Assembly: GCA_965153355.1 (NCBI GenBank)
Contig: OZ231126.1
Location: 32,240,001 to 32,304,000 of the forward strand
DNA length: 64,000 nt
DNA from: Flaccisagitta enflata
Taxonomy: Eukaryota
Reading direction: 5' to 3'
Of the stretch, positions 57,036 through 64,000 are shown in pieces; positions within the stretch are counted from its first letter, which is position 1; every line of letters begins with the position of its first letter. The notes below the pieces were generated by a model, which worked only from the letters and a program-made list of their open reading frames with translations, ran no database searches and was not told the origin of the DNA. Made by a program: the position numbers and the translations under genes.

Positions 57036-57851
57036 CAGAGAATTATACTCTTTGAATTTATTGCCCACTTTATCACGACCCTCATCGTTCTTCTTTTTTT
57101 AGAACCAATTTCTTATCCTTCTTTTTTTTTGCAAACTCTTTTTTTTTCTGTCGTTTTTATTCCGGTTGTACGCTTCAGTCTGTAATTTTTTTCTGTCTAT
57201 CTGTTTACTCATCTTTCTGTCTATCCGACAATAAAACAATTTGTCTCTCCTCTCTATCCCTGTTTTTGAGTATCACTGTCTGTATCTGTGTGTAGTTGGC
57301 TTCTTCGCATCTCGCTTTTTCAGTCGTACGTTTTTAGCTGAATTTAGCCTCATTTCTGAGGTCAGATCCTTTTCTCTCCTAGCTTGTATTTTGGAACAGG
57401 AATGTAGAAAATATCTCGGCATTAGTTTGCGCAAATATTTATACTTTTCTCAAGGCTAGGGAAGCTAAATTTTTAATGACTGATGAAATTTGAGCCTTGT
57501 AACTGGGTACCACTTCTTTGTTATTGTCGTTTCCAAGAATTTACGAGTTTTTCTCTGATGCTCTGTCTCTATCTCACTCTCTGCGAGCCTGTCACTCTTT
57601 CTTTGCCCCAAAATTTTTCGTCTGTCTGTCTGTCAGTTTATCTCGATGTTAATCTTGGTTTGTCTCTCTGTTTGTCGCACTGTCCACTTATCTTTCCGTC
57701 TCTCTGATTCATTTATTCCCACTTAAAAGTCTCAACATTTGCAGTCTTAAAGTCTCTTGCTCCCGTTGGGAATTTCCATTGGAAATGTCTTTTTAGTGAA
57801 TAGAAATACAATGGGTGATCGTTAACACTTTCATTTTTTTTTCTGCCTCCT

Positions 57852-57903
<52 letters not shown>

Positions 57904-58078
57904 TGGACTGGGAGACCTCTAAGCGATGCTACTACCAGCGACATCTGCAGCTCGAATGAAGAAGCACAACGCCTGGGATGATTTGTCAACCGAACAAAAG
58001 AGCAGATCTTGATAGGAACCAGAAATCCCCAACATCAACCGAATGGAAGAGAAACCCAGAATAATACTATCATTCGAG

Positions 58079-58306
58079 AAACAAGGCCGGATACACGGCC
58101 ACCCGAGTTGCGTGCGGATGGGCAAGGGAGTGATCAAAAAGGCTGACCAAGCATTAAGGCTAAAGCGATAATGCAAAAACCGCTATTATATGCCAAAGAG
58201 CTAAGCTCAACCAATGGATGGGCCAAAAAGCTAAGCTCAACCAATGGATGGACCAACGGACCGATGGGCGAAGCGGGTTGTGCAGTTGCGTGCACACGAC
58301 TGAAAA
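58079..58306 (-). mobile_element. HINE-like family A
   Basis: ACAAGGCCGGATACACGGC...TGCAGTTGCGTGCACACGACTGAAAA. Confidence 0.65.
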
Positions 58307-58589
58307 TGACATCAAAGAAAATTCGAGAACCACCTTTTAATAAGACAGTCTGAGATTCGAGTAATAAGCACACAAGAGACAATTGAATTCTTAATGATTG
58401 TCTCGCTTGTTTCGTAATCATCGTTCGTTATGAACATTGAATTAATAAATTCGAACAAGCCATTCGAACTACCCACTGTTAACTGCACTGTTAACACCAC
58501 TGTGTACCGCAGCACAGGCTCACGATTGCGATTTATCCTTCTGCGATGTATACACGTGCACTTCTTTGCACAACACAATTTGGTTCGAA

Positions 58590-58911
58590 GTAACACCTTT
58601 CTGCCCCTTTGCCGCAACACGCGACTTTGTTTATAGTGTATAAAGTATCAAGTAACGCCTCTCTGCCCCTTTGCCAAGATATGCGACATTGTTTGTAGTG
58701 TATTCAGTGACACTTCTCTGCCCCTTAGCCAAAACACGAGACTTTGTTTGTAGCGTATTCAGTGACACTTCTCTGCCCCTTTGCACAACACGAGACTTTG
58801 TTTGTAGTGTATTCAGTAACACTTCTCTGCCCCTTTGCACAACACGAGACTTTGTTTGTAGTGTATTCAGTAACACTTCTCTGCCCCTTTGCACAACACG
58901 AGACTTTGTTT
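58590..58911. repeat. 54-bp minisatellite
   Basis: Unit ACACTTCTCTGCCCCTTTGCACAACACGAGACTTTGTTTGTAGTGTATTCAGTA, ~6 copies. Confidence 0.9.
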
Positions 58912-59042
58912 ACCGGTTTTAAATGAAACAATTCAGTCAACGGCTCAAAGTCGATGTCGCTCTCAAAAGGAATTTCAATACAAATTGAATTACCACCGGT
59001 TCCAACGAGACTACAAGTCTCTCTCTCTCGCTCTCGCTCTCG

Positions 59043-59190
<148 letters not shown>

Positions 59191-59380
59191 TGTTGAACTT
59201 TACTACTTTCCACACAAATTTGCATCCTTAATCTTTTTCCAAATTGAATCAAGTCCGGCTCAACCTGGATATCAACTAAGATCTCAACCTGGAGCTCAAC
59301 TAGAAAAAAAAAGTCTCTTTTTCCAAGGTAGAAGCGATTACAGGTTGATGCGAGGGGGAAAACCCAGGTTTTGATGGAGG

Positions 59381-59541
<161 letters not shown>

Positions 59542-60039
59542 GATTTTCAGTTACAACTGTCTGTTTTGCAAGTGTCAAACAATAATCAACCGAGGATGAT
59601 TGCAATCAATCAGACTTATTCAAGTAAAGGAAAGCAATTTAGGGCAATCGAACGCAAGCACTGGAAAATAGAGGTAATCTTAGCCTAAGGATAGCATATT
59701 GAAAATGGCAAGCAAAAACATAAAAGAAAGCAATCGCATTCTCCTGCGAGTGTGTTTATGACTTTCAAAATAGTCCAGATTTCTCGACCACCCACACAAT
59801 CATAAGGATCGAAAAATCATTGAAGAATTATCAAGTTTACGATCATTAGCTCAAAAACGCGTTATCTGGTTGGGCAGAGAGACCATTAAATAGACGATCA
59901 AACTGTACCACTTTCCTTCGACCCAAAGCATGTCGACCAGATGGATTAACGGACGGACACATGTCTGGCAGACCGTCAACCAGGTAGAAAATGACGGTAG
60001 GGTTAGAATTAAAAAGAGAGCAAAAATGATAAATAAGAC

Positions 60040-60079
<40 letters not shown>

Positions 60080-60085
60080 GGGTGA

Positions 60086-60117
<32 letters not shown>

Positions 60118-60273
60118 AGGAAAGAAAGAAAAACAAGGCCAAGTAGGCCAATTAGGTGCACTGTGTGGATCAACAATCGTTTGCGCTAGCGAGGGACCGA
60201 GCGACCAACCAACGGACACAGCCAGTTAAAGAGGCGCTTTTTCTGCACAAAGACAGTAAGACGAGCAGAATTT

Positions 60274-60368
<95 letters not shown>

Positions 60369-60540
60369 CGATTGAGGTAAGGAAAACTGGTTTTTTTTTT
60401 AAATCACTTTTTTTTCTTACTCTTCTCCTCTTCTCTGTTCTAATTTCAAGGGAACGACCTGTTCATTTTTTTTCTTGTTTTCTTTTTTATCAACTCGGTG
60501 TTTTTTAAGATTTTGAATACCTCTATCATATTGGCGGTTC

Positions 60541-60736
60541 TTTTTAGTCGCGTGCTACGCGGCTCTACAACCCGCTTTGTCGGTCCGTCGGTCCGTCTAT
60601 CCGTCCGTCTGTTGGTCCGTCACACTTTTTTTGGGTTTTTGCGGTCTTTGGCGTCACTGCTCCTGCCTAAATGATAGAGTGGCCGCAAACATGCCCACCC
60701 GCACGCGACTTGGGTAACCGTGTATCCGGCCTTGTT
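60541..60736 (+). mobile_element. HINE-like family A
   Basis: TTTTTAGTCGCGTGCTACGCGGCTCTAC...CGCGACT...CCGTGTATCCGGCCTTGTT. Confidence 0.75.
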
Positions 60737-61369
60737 ACTTCAAATGTTAATAGCAACTTGTTAACTTGTTTAGTTGTTATGACGGTTTCGCATTTATATT
60801 CATGACTTCACTTCCACCGAAACCACCTATGATCTACTTTTTTAAAAGATTTGGAATTAACAAGGCCACGCAGATTAAGAACTTGTGAATGAACGTTGCT
60901 CAATAATAAATGAATGAATGAATGAATGAATGAATGATTGAATGAATGAATGAATGAATGAATGAATAAATGAATGAATGAATGAATGAATGAATGAATG
61001 AATAAATGAATGAATAAATGAATGAGAGAAGATTGGCGCTGCTAATTTTTTGATGAAAAAATCCTTGAATTTTGTGACTCTTTTGCGTTATCGACCGACT
61101 GTCCGACCTACCGACCTACCGCACGCTTCTCAAATTGGCTTTTTATTGGAAATAGAATGATCTTTGACGAAAACTCCACCGTTGCGGTTGTATTTTGATT
61201 TTATTCCCATGGATTCTGCTTAAAAGTTCCTTCTTTGAGCAAAATTTAGGCCTGAGGGCTTTTTCAATGGGAATACATCTTAAAATGCTTCTGTGTATGT
61301 GAGGTTGTATGGCCTACAGAATTCTAACGTTTTACAGCAGAAGAAGTCTCATTGCAAAACCAACTTTGG

Positions 61370-62253
61370 GAGTCAAGGACAGTCCTGGGGGGGTAGCCAT
61401 AGTAATTCTATGGAGCCTTCTCAGGTAACTCTCAGGTTATTCTCAGGTAACTCTCAGGTAATTCTCAGGTGATTCTCAGGTTATTCTCAGGTTATTCTCA
61501 GGTGATTCCAAGGTGACTCGAAGGCTTTTTTTGGTTCAAAGGTCGTTTTAAGTATTTCTATGGTAATTCTTGGGTGTGGAAAGGATAACCTAATTATCTA
61601 CACATTTTTCAAAAAGGGGGGAGGTAATTGGCCTGCCGATGTCGACGTCGATGTCGACACAGGACAAAATATTTGTCACTTTTGTTTTCCCGTAACAGCC
61701 GTCTACGTCGACGTCGATTTAGAATTTCTTTTTTTAACTTTTTCCTTTGCTTTTGATGCCGATGTCGACGTCGATGTCGATGCATTACAAGGTTTATTAA
61801 AATATTTTGGGCCTGCAACTATCGCCGACGTCGATGTCGACGTCGACGTCGACTTAGATTCCGTCTTGAGTCAAGACTCAAGTGACTCAAGTCAAGTCCC
61901 AAGTCCCAGCGTTATTCTAAACTAAGTCCAGTCAAGACTTACTCACGTCATTCAAATGCTGCCTAAGTCGAAGTCGACGTCGACGTCGACATTGACATCA
62001 TCATCAACGACGTGAGCAAAAAGGTCCATTTTCCCCAAGAAGTATTTTGCATGTCGACGTCGATGTCGACGTCAATGTTGATCGTTATCCTAATGTTTTT
62101 TTTTCAAGTTGCATGACAAAATGAGAATATGAGAATATATGTCACTGACGACGACAATGACAACAACAATGACGTTGTCGATGTTGACGTCGACGGAGAT
62201 GTCGAGAACAACTCTCAGGTTAATTCACATAGCCCCCTGACTGTCCATGTCAG
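61370..62253 (+). mobile_element. GTCGAC-rich 8-bp-TSD element, copy 3 (divergent variant)
   Basis: TSD AACTTTGG (61362-61369, 62254-62261); same GAGT.../...TCAG ends; extra CAAGT/GACTCAAG-rich segment at ~61857-61947. Confidence 0.85.
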
Positions 62254-62774
62254 AACTTTGGTTTTTAAATGCGCTATTTTAACTGTTTAAGCAGATAATT
62301 TTTTCTACTGGTTGGCTAGTTTGTCTGTTGGTGTCTCCATACATTGAGGCTATTCAGAAATACAGTATTTGATATTTTTAAGATAAACTGAAACTAAAAC
62401 TGATTGTATGATAATTTGACCCTATGACCCTATGACCCTATTAACTCGATTAGATCATATGCGCTTTCGTATCCCGAATTTTCTTTTCAAAAGGAAAAGA
62501 AACACAAAAAGAATATTAAAAAAACACAACCCAGCCATTGTATTTTCCTTCAAGTAAAGACCTTGACACATACAAAGTTACAAACACATACAAAGTTACA
62601 AACACAAACAAGGACAAGAGTTGTCCAATTGATACGTCCTCTTTGGATACCTGACATAAATAAATAAAACTTTGAAAAATCAATCAATTAATTGGACAGA
62701 CAGTCAGACAGTCAGACATAGCTATTAACACACATTCCTTAAGGGATGCGAGGTGGTTCTCCATGATTGTCTTA

Positions 62775-63039
62775 GGGCGTGTTTCTGGTGAAGATGAAAA
62801 ACGTGTTTGTTCCTGTGAAAAGCGTTTACAGCATGAACACATATCCCACGAGGGAGTGAGCGAAGTGAGTGAGCGAGCCCGTGAACAGAGAAAGCGTAGC
62901 AAAACAGAGCGCTGCAGAGCGAGTGAGCAGAGTGAGCGGAGTGAGCGGAGTGAGCGGTACGAGCGAACGAATGTAGCGAGCGCTCGAGCGTCCGAGGGGC
63001 CCGTTAAAAACGCAATTGTCTGTGACTAGAAACCCGCCC
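62775..63039. mobile_element. PIF/Harbinger (Tourist-like) MITE
   Basis: TTA TSD on both sides; TIR GGGCGTGTTTCTGGT / ACTAGAAACCCGCCC; internal GAGTGAGCG repeats. Confidence 0.7.
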
Positions 63040-63343
63040 TTATTCTGAAAAAAATCGCGCACACGAGCACTCTTAGACGTATATACCATTACTTAAGCCA
63101 TACAAATCGGAATTCTGCGTGTACACATGTATACCATCAAAGTCATACTAATCAGAATTCTGCGTGTACATAATGTATAATGTTTACGAGTTCCCTTTTT
63201 TTGGTGCCATTGTTTGGTTTGTTTGGATTTAGCTTTGTAAATCTTTTTGCCGCATTTCCATTTTTTGGAGTGACAACTAAGTTGGTATTTGGACTCCAAA
63301 GGTTGTATTGGATTTTTGCGACCCTTGACTTGTGGCGTGGAAT

Positions 63344-63390
<47 letters not shown>

Positions 63391-64000
63391 GCGCCCTCTT
63401 TTCCTTATTCTTTGCCAACTGTTGTCATCGAAATGTTTATGCATTGAATGGAAATTATGAAATATTCTGATGTGCGCTGTTAAAAGTCAAACCTTTCGTC
63501 TATGCATGGACAAGCATTGTCTGTCTCTGACACGTACATGACCTAAACACTGCCATTATTTTCTCGTTGGTAATTTCCTTTCATGCATTCAAAGAGATAT
63601 ATGTCATTTAAATACAGTTTAGCTTCACTAGAGCGCACCCGCTAATAAGGCATCCCTCGCTTCATGGCATGTTTTCAAAAGTCCCAACTTTTGTCCCTTA
63701 ATTCCTTTGTAGATAAGCCCCGTACATAGGGCACCCGCCTATTAGGCAAATTTCACTATAGCGCATGAAAAATGGGATTTTTGATAGATATTTTGCTCGC
63801 TTTGAAGGCATCAGACAAGCAAATTGAGGCGATGGCTAAAAAAAGGTTGGAAAAGAGGGCAAAATACCAATGAGGGAGAGGATTAAGAAGAAGAGTGAAA
63901 ACTCGATTTGCCAACGTCTCCATGTTGGTGTGCGAATGACATTTTCACCAAAAATAGTTGCTACCTTGCTAGGTTTAAGATCGATGAAAGAGACTTACTG

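Noticed and set aside
58590-58911. 54-bp periodic array as CRISPR or a coding repeat
   Set aside because: No spacers; frames are open only because 54 is divisible by 3

Overview
Repeat-dominated, AT-rich eukaryotic (probably invertebrate metazoan) DNA. I found no confidently callable host gene; most ORF-track entries are microsatellite read-throughs. The main element is an apparently full-length RTE-like non-LTR retrotransposon (34174-37713) with a 14-bp target-site duplication (TSD). Its first base is exactly G+1 of a compact HDV-like self-cleaving ribozyme fold. Its single 1082-aa ORF has a 2A-like ...IHPNPGP motif, an APE endonuclease with a large in-frame internal deletion, an RT (FADD) and four C-terminal zinc fingers. 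It ends in a (TTTACGGA)3 tail and sits inside a DINE-1/HINE-like element. A decayed, 5'-truncated R4/Dong-type RLE retrotransposon (40567-42835) has (CT)n on both sides. The rest comprises at least three DINE-1/HINE-like (Helentron-associated) families (about 25 copies or fragments), an 8-bp-TSD family with asymmetric termini and GTCGAC/GCCGAT hexamer arrays, several hAT-, MULE-, Harbinger- and Tc1-type MITEs (often nested, including a 2.85-kb palindromic one), a LINE ORF1 relic, minisatellites and many microsatellites. Superfamily assignments come from terminal and TSD structure or protein motifs read by eye, not from database searches.
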